DNA of 64,000 nt from Eledone cirrhosa. Lineage: Eukaryota. Below, piece by piece: positions 29,301 through 44,300 of the stretch (position 1 is the stretch's first letter; the number at the start of each line of letters is the position of its first letter). The stretch lies in assembly GCA_964016885.1 (NCBI GenBank), contig OZ024745.1, positions 97,030,001 through 97,094,000 on the forward strand, in the 5' to 3' direction. The position numbers and the translations under genes are program-made. Under the pieces are notes generated by a model. The model did no database searches, was not told where the DNA came from, and saw only the letters and a list, made by a program, of their open reading frames with translations.

Positions 29301-32300
29301 CAAGCTACTAGGGTGTGATTGAAGGGGATATGCTGGCTATCTTTATCATTTCAAGATACTAGGGTGTGATTTAAGGGGATATGCTGGCTATTTTTATCAT
29401 TTCAAGGTACTAGGGTGTGATTTAAGGGGATATGCTGTCTATCTTTACCATTTCAAGATACTAGGGTGTGATTTAAGGGGATATGCTGGCTATCTTTATC
29501 ATTTCAAGATATTAGGGTGTGATTTAAGGAGATATGCTGGCTATCTTTATCATTTCAAGATACTAGGGTGTGATTTAAGGGGATATTGGCTATCTTTATC
29601 ATTTCAAGATACTAGGGTGTGATTTAAGGAGATATGCTGGCTATCTTTATCATTTCGAGACACTAGGGTGTAATTTAAGGAGATATGCTGGGTATTTTTT
29701 CATTTCGAGATACTAGGTTTTGAATTAAGGGGATATTGGCTATCTTTATCATTTCAAGATACTAGCGTGTGATTTAAGGGGATATGCTGGCTATCTTTAT
29801 AATTTCAAGCTACTAGGGTGTGATTTAAGGAGATATGCTGGCTATCTTTATCATTTCAAGATACTAGGGTGTGATTTAAGGGGTTATGCTGGCTATCTTT
29901 ATCATTTCAAGATACTAGGGTGTGATTTAAGGGGATATGCTGGCTATCTTTATCATTTCAAGATACTAGGGTGTGATTTAAGGACATATGCTGGCTATCT
30001 ATATCATTTCAAGATACTAGGGTGTTATTTAAAGAGATATGCTGGCTATCTTTATCATTTCAAGATATTGGGGAGTGATTTAAGGAGATATGCTGGCTAT
30101 CTTTATCATTTCAAGATACTAGGGTGTGATTTAAGGACATATGCTGGCTATCATTATCATTTCAATATACTAGGGTGTGATTTAAAGAGATATGCTGGCT
30201 ATCTTTATCATTTCGAGATATTAGGGTATGATATATGGAGATAAGCTGGCTATCTTTTTCAGTTAGAGATACTAGGGTGTGATTTAAGGAGATATGCTGG
30301 CTATCTTTATCATTTCGAGATACTAGGGTGTGATTTAAGGGGATATGCTGGCTATCTTTATCATTTCAAGATACTAGGGTGTGATTTAAGGGGATATGCT
30401 GGCTATCTTTATCATTTCAAGATACTAGGGTGTGATTTAAGGAGATATGCTGGCTATCTTTATCATTTCAAGATACTAGGTTGTGATTTAAGGGGATATG
30501 CTGGCTATCTTTACCATTTCAAGTTACTAGGGTGTGATTTAAGGGGATATGCTGGCTATCTTTATCATTTCAAGATACTAGGGTGTGATTTCAGGGGATA
30601 TGCTGGCTATCTTTATCATTTCAAGATACTAGGGTGTAATTTAAAGGGATATTGGCTATCTTTATCATTTCAAGATACTAGGGTGTGATTTAAGGAGATA
30701 TGCTGGCTATCTTTATCATTTCAAGCTACTAGGGTGTGATTTAAGGGGATATGCTGGCTATCTTTATCATTTCAAGATACTAGGGTGTGATTTAAGGAGA
30801 TATGCTGGCTATCTTTATCATTTCGAGTTACTAGGGTGTGATTTAAGGGTATATGCTGGCTATCTTTATCATTTCAAGATAATAGGGTGTTATTTAAAGA
30901 GATATGCTGGCTATCTTTATCATTTCGAGATACTAGGGTGTAATTTAAGGAGATATGCTGGGTATTTTTTCATTTCGAGATACTAGGTTTTGAATTAAGG
31001 GGATATTGGCTATCTTTATCATTTCAAGGTACTAGGGTGTGATTTAAGGGGATATTGGCTATCTTTATCATCTCAAGATACTAGCGTGTGATTTAAGGGG
31101 ATATGCTGGCTATCTTTATCATTTCAAGCTACTAGGGTGTGTTTTAAGGAGATATGCTGGCTATCTTTATCATTTCAAGGTACTAGGGTGTGATTTAAGG
31201 AGATATGCTGGCTATCTTTATCATTTCAAGATACAAGAGTGTGATTGAAGGGGATATGCTGGCTATCTTTATCATTTCAAGATACTAGGGTGTGATTTAA
31301 GGGGAAATGCTGGCTATCTTTATCATTTCAAGATATTGGGGAGTGATTTAAGGAGATATGCTGGCTATCTTTATCATTTCAAGATACTAGGGTGTGATTG
31401 AAGGGGATATGCTGGCTATCTTTATCATTTCAATATACTAGGTTTTGAATTAAGGGGATATTGGCTATCTTTATCATTTCAAGGTACTAGGGTGTGATTT
31501 AAGGGGATATTGGCTATCTTTATCGTCTCAAGATACTAGCGTGTGATTTAAAGGGATATGCTGGCTATCTTTATCATTTCAAGATACTAGGGTGTGATTT
31601 AAGGGGATATGCTGGGTATTTTTTCATTTCGATATACTAGGTTTTGAATTAAGGGGATATTGGCTATCTTTATCATTTCAAGGTACTAGGGTGTGATTTA
31701 AGGGGATATTGGCTATCTTTATCGTCTCAAGATACTAGCGTGTGATTTAAAGGGATATGCTGGCTATCTTTATCATTTCAAGATACTAGGGTGTGATTTA
31801 AGGGGATATGCTGGCTATCTTTATCATTTCAATATACTAGGGTGTGATTTAAGGGGATATGCTGGCTATCTTTATCATTTCAATATACTAGGGTGTGATT
31901 TAAGGGGATATGCTGGCTATCTTTATCATTTCAAGATACTAGGGTGTGATTTAAGGGGTTATGCTGGCTATCTTTATCGTTTCAATATACTAGGGTGTGA
32001 TTTAAGGGGATATGCTGGCTATCTTTATCATTTTAAGATACTAGGGTGTGATTTAAGGAGATATGCTGGCTAACTTTATCATTTCAATATACTAGGGTGT
32101 GATTTAAGGGGATATGCTGGCTATCTTTATCATTTCAATATACTAGGGTGTGATTGAAGGGGATATGCTGGCTATCTTTATCATTTTAAGATACTAGGGT
32201 GTGATTTAAGGAGATATGCTGGCTAACTTTATCATTTCAATATACTAGGGTGTGATTTAAGGAGATATGCCGGCTATCTTTATCATTTCAATATACTAGG

Positions 32301-35300
32301 GTGTGATTTAAGAAGATATGCTGGCTATCTTTATCATTTTAAGATACTAGGGTGTGATTTAAGGAGATATGCTGTCTATCTTTATCATTTTAAGATACTA
32401 GGGTGTGATTGAAGGTGATATGCTGGCTATCTTTATCATTTCAATATACTAGGGTGTGATTTAAGGAGATATGCTGGCTATCTTTATCATTTCAATATAC
32501 TAGGGTGTGATTGAAGGGGATATGCTGGCTATCTTTATCATTTCAATATACTAGGGTGTGATTGAAGGGGATATGCTGGCTATCTTTATCATTTCAATAT
32601 ACTAGGGTGTGATTTAATAAGATATGCTGGCTCTCTTTACCATTTCAAGATACTAGGGTGTTATTTAAAGAGATATGCTGGCTATCTTTATCATTTCAAG
32701 ATATTGGGGAGTGATTTAAGGAGATATACTGGCTATCATTATCATTTCAATATACTAGGGTGTGATTTAAGGGGAAATGCTGGCTATCTTTATCATTTCG
32801 AGATACTAGGGTATGATATATGGAGATATGCTGGCTATCTTTTTCAGTTAGAGATACTAGGGTGTGATTTATGGAGATATGCTGGCTATCTTTATCATTT
32901 CGAGATACTAGGGTGTGATTTAAGGGGATATGCTGGCTATCTTTATCATTTCAAGATACTAGGATGTGATTTAAGGAGATATGCTGGCTATCTTTATCAT
33001 TTCAAGATACTAGGGTGTGATTTAAGGGGAAATGCTGGCTACATTTATCATTTCAAGATACTAGAGTGTGATTAAAGGAGATATGCTGGCTATCTTTATC
33101 ATTTCGAGATACTAGGGTGTAATTTAAGGAGATATGCTGGGTATTTTTTCATTTCGAGATACTAGGTTTTGAATTAAGGGGATATTGACTATCTTTATCA
33201 TTTCAAGGTACTATGGTGTGATTTAAGGGGATATTGGCTATCTTTATCATCTCAAGATACTACCGTGTGATTTAAGGGGATATGCTGGCTATCTTTATCA
33301 TTTCAAGCTACTAGGGTGTGATTTAAGGAGATATGCTGGCTATCTTTATCATTTCAAGATACAAGAGTGTGATTGAAGGGGATATGCTGGCTATCATTAT
33401 CATTTCAAAGTACTTGGTTGTGATTTAAGGGGATATGCTGGCTATCTTTATCATTTCAAATAGTAGGGTGTGATTTAAGGGGTTATGCTGGCTATCTTTA
33501 TCATTTCAAGATACTAGGGTGTGATTTAAGGGGATATGCTGGCTATCTTTATCATTTCAAGCTACTAGGGTGTGATTGAAGGGGATATGCTGGCTATCTT
33601 TATCATTTCAAGATACTAGGGTGTGATTTAAGGGGATATGCTGGCTATTTTTATCATTTCAAGGTACTAGGGTGTGATTTAAGGGGATATGCTGTCTATC
33701 TTTACCATTTCAAGATACTAGGGTGTGATTTAAGGGGATATGCTGGCTATCTTTATCATTTCAAGATATTAGGGTGTGATTTAAGGAGATATGCTGGCTA
33801 TCTTTATCATTTCAAGATACTAGGGTGTGATTTAAGGGGATATTGGCTATCTTTATCATTTCAAGATACTAGGGTGTGATTTAAGGAGATATGCTGGCTA
33901 TCTTTATCATTTCGAGATACTAGGGTGTAATTTAAGGAGATATGCTGGGTATTTTTTCATTTCGAGATACTAGGTTTTGAATTAAGGGGATATTGGCTAT
34001 CTTTATCATTTCAAGATACTAGCGTGTGATTTAAGGGGATATGCTGGCTATCTTTATAATTTCAAGCTACTAGGGTGTGATTTAAGGAGATATGCTGGCT
34101 ATCTTTATCATTTCAAGATACTAGGGTGTGATTTAAGGGGTTATGCTGGCTATCTTTATCATTTCAAGATACTAGGGTGTGATTTAAGGGGATATGCTGG
34201 CTATCTTTATCATTTCAAGCTACTAGGGTGTGATTGAAGGGGATATGCTGGCTATCTTTATCATTTCAAGATACTAGGGTGTGATTTAAGGGGATATGCT
34301 GGCTATTTTTATCATTTCAAGGTACTATGGTGTGATTTAAGGGGATATCCTGGCTATCTTTACCATTTCAAGATACTAGGGTGTGATTTAAGGGGTTATG
34401 CTGGCTATCTTTATCATTTCAAGATATTAGGGTGTGATTTAAGGAGATATGCTGGCTAACTTTATCATTTCAATATACTAGGGTGTGATTTAAGGAGATA
34501 TGCCGGCTATCTTTATCATTTCAATATACTAGGGTGTGATTTAAGAAGATATGCTGGCTATCTTTATCATTTTAAGATACTAGGGTGTGATTTAAGGAGA
34601 TATGCTGGCTATCTTTATCATTTTAAGATACTAGGGTGTGATTGAAGGTGATATGCTGGCTATCTTTATCATTTCAATATACTAGGGTGTGATTTAAGGA
34701 GATATGCTGGCTATCTTTATCATTTCAATATACTAGGGTGTGATTGAAGGGGATATGCTGGCTATCTTTATCATTTCAATATACTAGGGTGTGATTGAAG
34801 GGGATATGCTGGCTATCTTTATCATTTCAATATACTAGGGTGTGATTTAATAAGATATGCTGGCTCTCTTTACCATTTCAAGATACTAGGGTGTTATTTA
34901 AAGAGATATGCTGGCTATCTTTATCATTTCAAGATATTGGGGAGTGATTTAAGGAGATATACTGGCTATCATTATCATTTCAATATACTAGGGTGTGATT
35001 TAAGGGGAAATGCTGGCTATCTTTATCATTTCGAGATACTAGGGTATGATATATGGAGATATGCTGGCTATCTTTTTCAGTTAGAGATACTAGGGTGTGA
35101 TTTATGGAGATATGCTGGCTATCTTTATCATTTCGAGATACTAGGGTGTGATTTAAGGGGATATGCTGGCTATCTTTATCATTTCAAGATACTAGGATGT
35201 GATTTAAGGAGATATGCTGGCTATCTTTATCATTTCAAGATACTAGGGTGTGATTTAAGGGGAAATGCTGGCTACATTTATCATTTCAAGATACTAGAGT

Positions 35301-38300
35301 GTGATTAAAGGAGATATGCTGGCTATCTTTATCATTTCGAGATACTAGGGTGTAATTTAAGGAGATATGCTGGGTATTTTTTCATTTCGAGATACGAGGT
35401 TTTGAATTAAGGGGATATTGACTATCTTTATCATTTCAAGGTACTATGGTGTGATTTAAGGGGATATTGGCTATCTTTATCATCTCAAGATACTACCGTG
35501 TGATTTAAGGGGATATGCTGGCTATCTTTATCATTTCAAGCTACTAGGGTGTGATTTAAGGAGATATGCTGGCTATCTTTATCATTTCAAGATACAAGAG
35601 TGTGATTGAAGGGGATATGCTGGCTATCATTATCATTTCAAAGTACTTGGTTGTGATTTAAGGGGATATGCTGGCTATCTTTATCATTTCAAATAGTAGG
35701 GTGTGATTTAAGGGGTTATGCTGGCTATCTTTATCATTTCAAGATACTAGGGTGTGATTTAAGGGGATATGCTGGCTATCTTTATCATTTCAAGCTACTA
35801 GGGTGTGATTGAAGGGGATATGCTGGCTATCTTTATCATTTCAAGATACTAGGGTGTGATTTAAGGGGATATGCTGGCTATTTTTATCATTTCAAGGTAC
35901 TAGGGTGTGATTTAAGGGGATATGCTGTCTATCTTTACCATTTCAAGATACTAGGGTGTGATTTAAGGGGATATGCTGGCTATCTTTATCATTTCAAGAT
36001 ATTAGGGTGTGATTTAAGGAGATATGCTGGCTATCTTTATCATTTCAAGATACTAGGGTGTGATTTAAGGGGATATTGGCTATCTTTATCATTTCAAGAT
36101 ACTAGGGTGTGATTTAAGGAGATATGCTGGCTATCTTTATCATTTCGAGATACTAGGGTGTAATTTAAGGAGATATGCTGGGTATTTTTTCATTTCGAGA
36201 TACTAGGTTTTGAATTAAGGGGATATTGGCTATCTTTATCATTTCAAGATACTAGCGTGTGATTTAAGGGGATATGCTGGCTATCTTTATAATTTCAAGC
36301 TACTAGGGTGTGATTTAAGGAGATATGCTGGCTATCTTTATCATTTCAAGATACTAGGGTGTGATTTAAGGGGTTATGCTGGCTATCTTTATCATTTCAA
36401 GATACTAGGGTGTGATTTAAGGGGATATGCTGGCTATCTTTATCATTTCAAGATACTAGGGTGTGATTTAAGGACATATGCTGGCTATCTATATCATTTC
36501 AAGATACTAGGGTGTTATTTAAAGAGATATGCTGGCTATCTTTATCATTTCAAGATATTGGGGAGTGATTTAAGGAGATATGCTGGCTATCTTTATCATT
36601 TCAAGATACTAGGGTGTGATTTAAGGACATATGCTGGCTATCATTATCATTTCAATATACTAGGGTGTGATTTAAAGAGATATGCTGGCTATCTTTATCA
36701 TTTCGAGATATTAGGGTATGATATATGGAGATAAGCTGGCTATCTTTTTCAGTTAGAGATACTAGGGTGTGATTTAAGGAGATATGCTGGCTATCTTTAT
36801 CATTTCGAGATACTAGGGTGTGATTTAAGGGGATATGCTGGCTATCTTTATCATTTCAAGATACTAGGGTGTGATTTAAGGGGATATGCTGGCTATCTTT
36901 ATCATTTCAAGATACTAGGGTGTGATTTAAGGAGATATGCTGGCTATCTTTATCATTTCAAGATACTAGGTTGTGATTTAAGGGGATATGCTGGCTATCT
37001 TTACCATTTCAAGTTACTAGGGTGTGATTTAAGGGGATATGCTGGCTATCTTTATCATTTCAAGATACTAGGGTGTGATTTAAGGGGATATGCTGGCTAT
37101 CTTTATCATTTCAAGATACTAGGGTGTAATTTAAAGGGATATTGGCTATCTTTATCATTTCAAGATACTAGGGTGTGATTTAAGGAGATATGCTGGCTAT
37201 CTTTATCATTTCAAGCTACTAGGGTGTGATTTAAGGGGATATGCTGGCTATCTTTATCATTTCAAGATACTAGGGTGTGATTTAAGGAGATATGCTGGCT
37301 ATCTTTATCATTTCGAGTTACTAGGGTGTGATTTAAGGGTATATGCTGGCTATCTTTATCATTTCAAGATAATAGGGTGTTATTTAAAGAGATATGCTGG
37401 CTATCTTTATCATTTCGAGATACTAGGGTGTAATTTAAGGAGATATGCTGGGTATTTTTTCATTTCGAGATACTAGGTTTTGAATTAAGGGGATATTGGC
37501 TATCTTTATCATTTCAAGGTACTAGGGTGTGATTTAAGGGGATATTGGCTATCTTTATCATCTCAAGATACTAGCGTGTGATTTAAGGGGATATGCTGGC
37601 TATCTTTATCATTTCAAGCTACTAGGGTGTGTTTTAAGGAGATATGCTGGCTATCTTTATCATTTCAAGGTACTAGGGTGTGATTTAAGGAGATATGCTG
37701 GCTATCTTTATCATTTCAAGATACAAGAGTGTGATTGAAGGGGATATGCTGGCTATCTTTATCATTTCAAGATACTAGGGTGTGATTTAAGGAGATATGC
37801 TGGCTATCTTTATCATTTCAAGATACAAGAGTGTGATTGAAGGGGATATGCTGGCTATCATTATCATTTCAAAGTACTTGGTTGTGATTTAAGGGGATAT
37901 GCTGGCTATCTTTATCATTTCAAATAGTAGGGTGTGATTTAAGGGGTTATGCTGGCTATCTTTATCATTTCAAGATACTAGGGTGTGATTTAAGGGGATA
38001 TGCTGGCTATCTTTATCATTTCAAGCTACTAGGGTGTGATTGAAGGGGATATGCTGGCTATCTTTATCATTTCAAGATACTAGGGTGTGATTTAAGGGGA
38101 TATGCTGGCTATTTTTATCATTTCAAGGTACTAGGGTGTGATTTAAGGGGATATGCTGTCTATCTTTACCATTTCAAGATACTAGGGTGTGATTTAAGGG
38201 GATATGCTGGCTATCTTTATCATTTCAAGATATTAGGGTGTGATTTAAGGAGATATGCTGGCTATCTTTATCATTTCAAGATACTAGGGTGTGATTTAAG

Positions 38301-41300
38301 GGGATATTGGCTATCTTTATCATTTCAAGATACTAGGGTGTGATTTAAGGAGATATGCTGGCTATCTTTATCATTTCGAGATACTAGGGTGTAATTTAAG
38401 GAGATATGCTGGGTATTTTTTCATTTCGAGATACTAGGTTTTGAATTAAGGGGATATTGGCTATCTTTATCATTTCAAGATACTAGCGTGTGATTTAAGG
38501 GGATATGCTGGCTATCTTTATAATTTCAAGCTACTAGGGTGTGATTTAAGGAGATATGCTGGCTATCTTTATCATTTCAAGATACTAGGGTGTGATTTAA
38601 GGGGTTATGCTGGCTATCTTTATCATTTCAAGATACTAGGGTGTGATTTAAGGGGATATGCTGGCTATCTTTATCATTTCAAGATACTAGGGTGTGATTT
38701 AAGGACATATGCTGGCTATCTATATCATTTCAAGATACTAGGGTGTTATTTAAAGAGATATGCTGGCTATCTTTATCATTTCAAGATATTGGGGAGTGAT
38801 TTAAGGAGATATGCTGGCTATCTTTATCATTTCAAGATACTAGGGTGTGATTTAAGGACATATGCTGGCTATCATTATCATTTCAATATACTAGGGTGTG
38901 ATTTAAAGAGATATGCTGGCTATCTTTATCATTTCGAGATATTAGGGTATGATATATGGAGATAAGCTGGCTATCTTTTTCAGTTAGAGATACTAGGGTG
39001 TGATTTAAGGAGATATGCTGGCTATCTTTATCATTTCGAGATACTAGGGTGTGATTTAAGGGGATATGCTGGCTATCTTTATCATTTCAAGATACTAGGG
39101 TGTGATTTAAGGGGATATGCTGGCTATCTTTATCATTTCAAGATACTAGGGTGTGATTTAAGGAGATATGCTGGCTATCTTTATCATTTCAAGATACTAG
39201 GTTGTGATTTAAGGGGATATGCTGGCTATCTTTACCATTTCAAGTTACTAGGGTGTGATTTAAGGGGATATGCTGGCTATCTTTATCATTTCAAGATACT
39301 AGGGTGTGATTTAAGGGGATATGCTGGCTATCTTTATCATTTCAAGATACTAGGGTGTAATTTAAAGGGATATTGGCTATCTTTATCATTTCAAGATACT
39401 AGGGTGTGATTTAAGGAGATATGCTGGCTATCTTTATCATTTCAAGCTACTAGGGTGTGATTTAAGGGGATATGCTGGCTATCTTTATCATTTCAAGATA
39501 CTAGGGTGTGATTTAAGGAGATATGCTGGCTATCTTTATCATTTCGAGTTACTAGGGTGTGATTTAAGGGTATATGCTGGCTATCTTTATCATTTCAAGA
39601 TAATAGGGTGTTATTTAAAGAGATATGCTGGCTATCTTTATCATTTCGAGATACTAGGGTGTAATTTAAGGAGATATGCTGGGTATTTTTTCATTTCGAG
39701 ATACTAGGTTTTGAATTAAGGGGATATTGGCTATCTTTATCATTTCAAGGTACTAGGGTGTGATTTAAGGGGATATTGGCTATCTTTATCATCTCAAGAT
39801 ACTAGCGTGTGATTTAAGGGGATATGCTGGCTATCTTTATCATTTCAAGCTACTAGGGTGTGTTTTAAGGAGATATGCTGGCTATCTTTATCATTTCAAG
39901 GTACTAGGGTGTGATTTAAGGAGATATGCTGGCTATCTTTATCATTTCAAGATACAAGAGTGTGATTGAAGGGGATATGCTGGCTATCTTTATCATTTCA
40001 AGATACTAGGGTGTGATTTAAGGGGAAATGCTGGCTATCTTTATCATTTCAAGATATTGGGGAGTGATTTAAGGAGATATGCTGGCTATCTTTATCATTT
40101 CAAGATACTAGGGTGTGATTGAAGGGGATATGCTGGCTATCTTTATCATTTCAATATACTAGGGTGTGATTTAAGGGGATATGCTGGCAATCTTTATCAT
40201 TTCGATATACTAGGTTTTGAATTAAGGGGATATTGGCTATCTTTATCATTTCAAGGTACTAGGGTGTGATTTAAGGGGATATTGGCTATCTTTATCGTCT
40301 CAAGATACTAGCGTGTGATTTAAAGGGATATGCTGGCTATCTTTATCATTTCAAGATACTAGGGTGTGATTTAAGGGGATATGCTGGGTATTTTTTCATT
40401 TCGATATACTAGGTTTTGAATTAAGGGGATATTGGCTATCTTTATCATTTCAAGGTACTAGGGTGTGATTTAAGGGGATATTGGCTATCTTTATCGTCTC
40501 AAGATACTAGCGTGTGATTTAAAGGGATATGCTGGCTATCTTTATCATTTCAAGATACTAGGGTGTGATTTAAGGGGATATGCTGGCTATCTTTATCATT
40601 TCAATATACTAGGGTGTGATTTAAGGGGATATGCTGGCTATCTTTATCATTTCAATATACTAGGGTGTGATTTAAGGGGATATGCTGGCTATCTTTATCA
40701 TTTCAAGATACTAGGGTGTGATTTAAGGGGTTATGCTGGCTATCTTTATCGTTTCAATATACTAGGGTGTGATTTAAGGGGATATGCTGGCTATCTTTAT
40801 CATTTTAAGATACTAGGGTGTGATTTAAGGAGATATGCTGGCTAACTTTATCATTTCAATATACTAGGGTGTGATTTAAGGGGATATGCTGGCTATCTTT
40901 ATCATTTCAATATACTAGGGTGTGATTGAAGGGGATATGCTGGCTATCTTTATCATTTTAAGATACTAGGGTGTGATTTAAGGAGATATGCTGGCTAACT
41001 TTATCATTTCAATATACTAGGGTGTGATTTAAGGAGATATGCCGGCTATCTTTATCATTTCAATATACTAGGGTGTGATTTAAGAAGATATGCTGGCTAT
41101 CTTTATCATTTTAAGATACTAGGGTGTGATTTAAGGAGATATGCTGGCTATCTTTATCATTTTAAGATACTAGGGTGTGATTGAAGGTGATATGCTGGCT
41201 ATCTTTATCATTTCAATATACTAGGGTGTGATTTAAGGAGATATGCTGGCTATCTTTATCATTTCAATATACTAGGGTGTGATTGAAGGGGATATGCTGG

Positions 41301-44300
41301 CTATCTTTATCATTTCAATATACTAGGGTGTGATTGAAGGGGATATGCTGGCTATCTTTATCATTTCAATATACTAGGGTGTGATTTAATAAGATATGCT
41401 GGCTCTCTTTACCATTTCAAGATATTAGGGTGTTATTTAAAGAGATATGCTGGCTATCTTTATCATTTCAAGATATTGGGGAGTGATTTAAGGAGATATA
41501 CTGGCTATCATTATCATTTCAATATACTAGGGTGTGATTTAAGGGGAAATGCTGGCTATCTTTATCATTTCGAGATACTAGGGTATGATATATGGAGATA
41601 TGCTGGCTATCTTTTTCAGTTAGAGATACTAGGGTGTGATTTATGGAGATATGCTGGCTATCTTTATCATTTCGAGATACTAGGGTGTGATTTAAGGGGA
41701 TATGCTGGCTATCTTTATCATTTCAAGATACTAGGATGTGATTTAAGGAGATATGCTGGCTATCTTTATCATTTCAAGATACTAGGGTGTGATTTAAGGG
41801 GAAATGCTGGCTACATTTATCATTTCAAGATACTAGAGTGTGATTAAAGGAGATATGCTGGCTATCTTTATCATTTCGAGATACTAGGGTGTAATTTAAG
41901 GAGATATGCTGGGTATTTTTTCATTTCGAGATACTAGGTTTTGAATTAAGGGGATATTGACTATCTTTATCATTTCAAGGTACTATGGTGTGATTTAAGG
42001 GGATATTGGCTATCTTTATCATCTCAAGATACTACCGTGTGATTTAAGGGGATATGCTGGCTATCTTTATCATTTCAAGCTACTAGGGTGTGATTTAAGG
42101 AGATATGCTGGCTATCTTTATCATTTCAAGATACAAGAGTGTGATTGAAGGGGATATGCTGGCTATCATTATCATTTCAAGATACTAGGGTGTGATTTAA
42201 GGGGATATGCTGGCTATCTTTATCATTTCAATATACTAGGGTGTGATTTAAGGGGATATGCTGGCTATCTTTATCATTTCAATATACTAGGGTGTGATTT
42301 AAGGGGATATGCTGGCTATCTTTATCATTTCAAGATACTAGGGTGTGATTTAAGGGGTTATGCTGGCTATCTTTATCGTTTCAATATACTAGGGTGTGAT
42401 TTAAGGGGATATGCTGGCTATCTTTATCATTTTAAGATACTAGGGTGTGATTTAAGGAGATATGCTGGCTAACTTTATCATTTCAATATACTAGGGTGTG
42501 ATTTAAGGGGATATGCTGGCTATCTTTATCATTTCAATATACTAGGGTGTGATTGAAGGGGATATGCTGGCTATCTTTATCATTTTAAGATACTAGGGTG
42601 TGATTTAAGGAGATATGCTGGCTAACTTTATCATTTCAATATACTAGGGTGTGATTTAAGGAGATATGCCGGCTATCTTTATCATTTCAATATACTAGGG
42701 TGTGATTTAAGAAGATATGCTGGCTATCTTTATCATTTTAAGATACTAGGGTGTGATTTAAGGAGATATGCTGGCTATCTTTATCATTTTAAGATACTAG
42801 GGTGTGATTGAAGGTGATATGCTGGCTATCTTTATCATTTCAATATACTAGGGTGTGATTTAAGGAGATATGCTGGCTATCTTTATCATTTCAATATACT
42901 AGGGTGTGATTGAAGGGGATATGCTGGCTATCTTTATCATTTCAATATACTAGGGTGTGATTGAAGGGGATATGCTGGCTATCTTTATCATTTCAATATA
43001 CTAGGGTGTGATTTAATAAGATATGCTGGCTCTCTTTACCATTTCAAGATACTAGGGTGTTATTTAAAGAGATATGCTGGCTATCTTTATCATTTCAAGA
43101 TATTGGGGAGTGATTTAAGGAGATATACTGGCTATCATTATCATTTCAATATACTAGGGTGTGATTTAAGGGGAAATGCTGGCTATCTTTATCATTTCGA
43201 GATACTAGGGTATGATATATGGAGATATGCTGGCTATCTTTTTCAGTTAGAGATACTAGGGTGTGATTTATGGAGATATGCTGGCTATCTTTATCATTTC
43301 GAGATACTAGGGTGTGATTTAAGGGGATATGCTGGCTATCTTTATCATTTCAAGATACTAGGATGTGATTTAAGGAGATATGCTGGCTATCTTTATCATT
43401 TCAAGATACTAGGGTGTGATTTAAGGGGAAATGCTGGCTACATTTATCATTTCAAGATACTAGAGTGTGATTAAAGGAGATATGCTGGCTATCTTTATCA
43501 TTTCGAGATACTAGGGTGTAATTTAAGGAGATATGCTGGGTATTTTTTCATTTCGAGATACTAGGTTTTGAATTAAGGGGATATTGACTATCTTTATCAT
43601 TTCAAGGTACTATGGTGTGATTTAAGGGGATATTGGCTATCTTTATCATCTCAAGATACTACCGTGTGATTTAAGGGGATATGCTGGCTATCTTTATCAT
43701 TTCAAGCTACTAGGGTGTGATTTAAGGAGATATGCTGGCTATCTTTATCATTTCAAGATACAAGAGTGTGATTGAAGGGGATATGCTGGCTATCATTATC
43801 ATTTCAAAGTACTTGGTTGTGATTTAAGGGGATATGCTGGCTATCTTTATCATTTCAAATAGTAGGGTGTGATTTAAGGGGTTATGCTGGCTATCTTTAT
43901 CATTTCAAGATACTAGGGTGTGATTTAAGGGGATATGCTGGCTATCTTTATCATTTCAAGCTACTAGGGTGTGATTGAAGGGGATATGCTGGCTATCTTT
44001 ATCATTTCAAGATACTAGGGTGTGATTTAAGGGGATATGCTGGCTATTTTTATCATTTCAAGGTACTAGGGTGTGATTTAAGTGGATATGCTGTCTATCT
44101 TTACCATTTCAAGATACTAGGGTGTGATTTAAGGGGATATGCTGGCTATCTTTATCATTTCAAGATATTAGGGTGTGATTTAAGGAGATATGCTGGCTAT
44201 CTTTATCATTTCAAGATACTAGGGTGTGATTTAAGGGGATATTGGCTATCTTTATCATTTCAAGATACTAGGGTGTGATTTAAGGAGATATGCTGGCTAT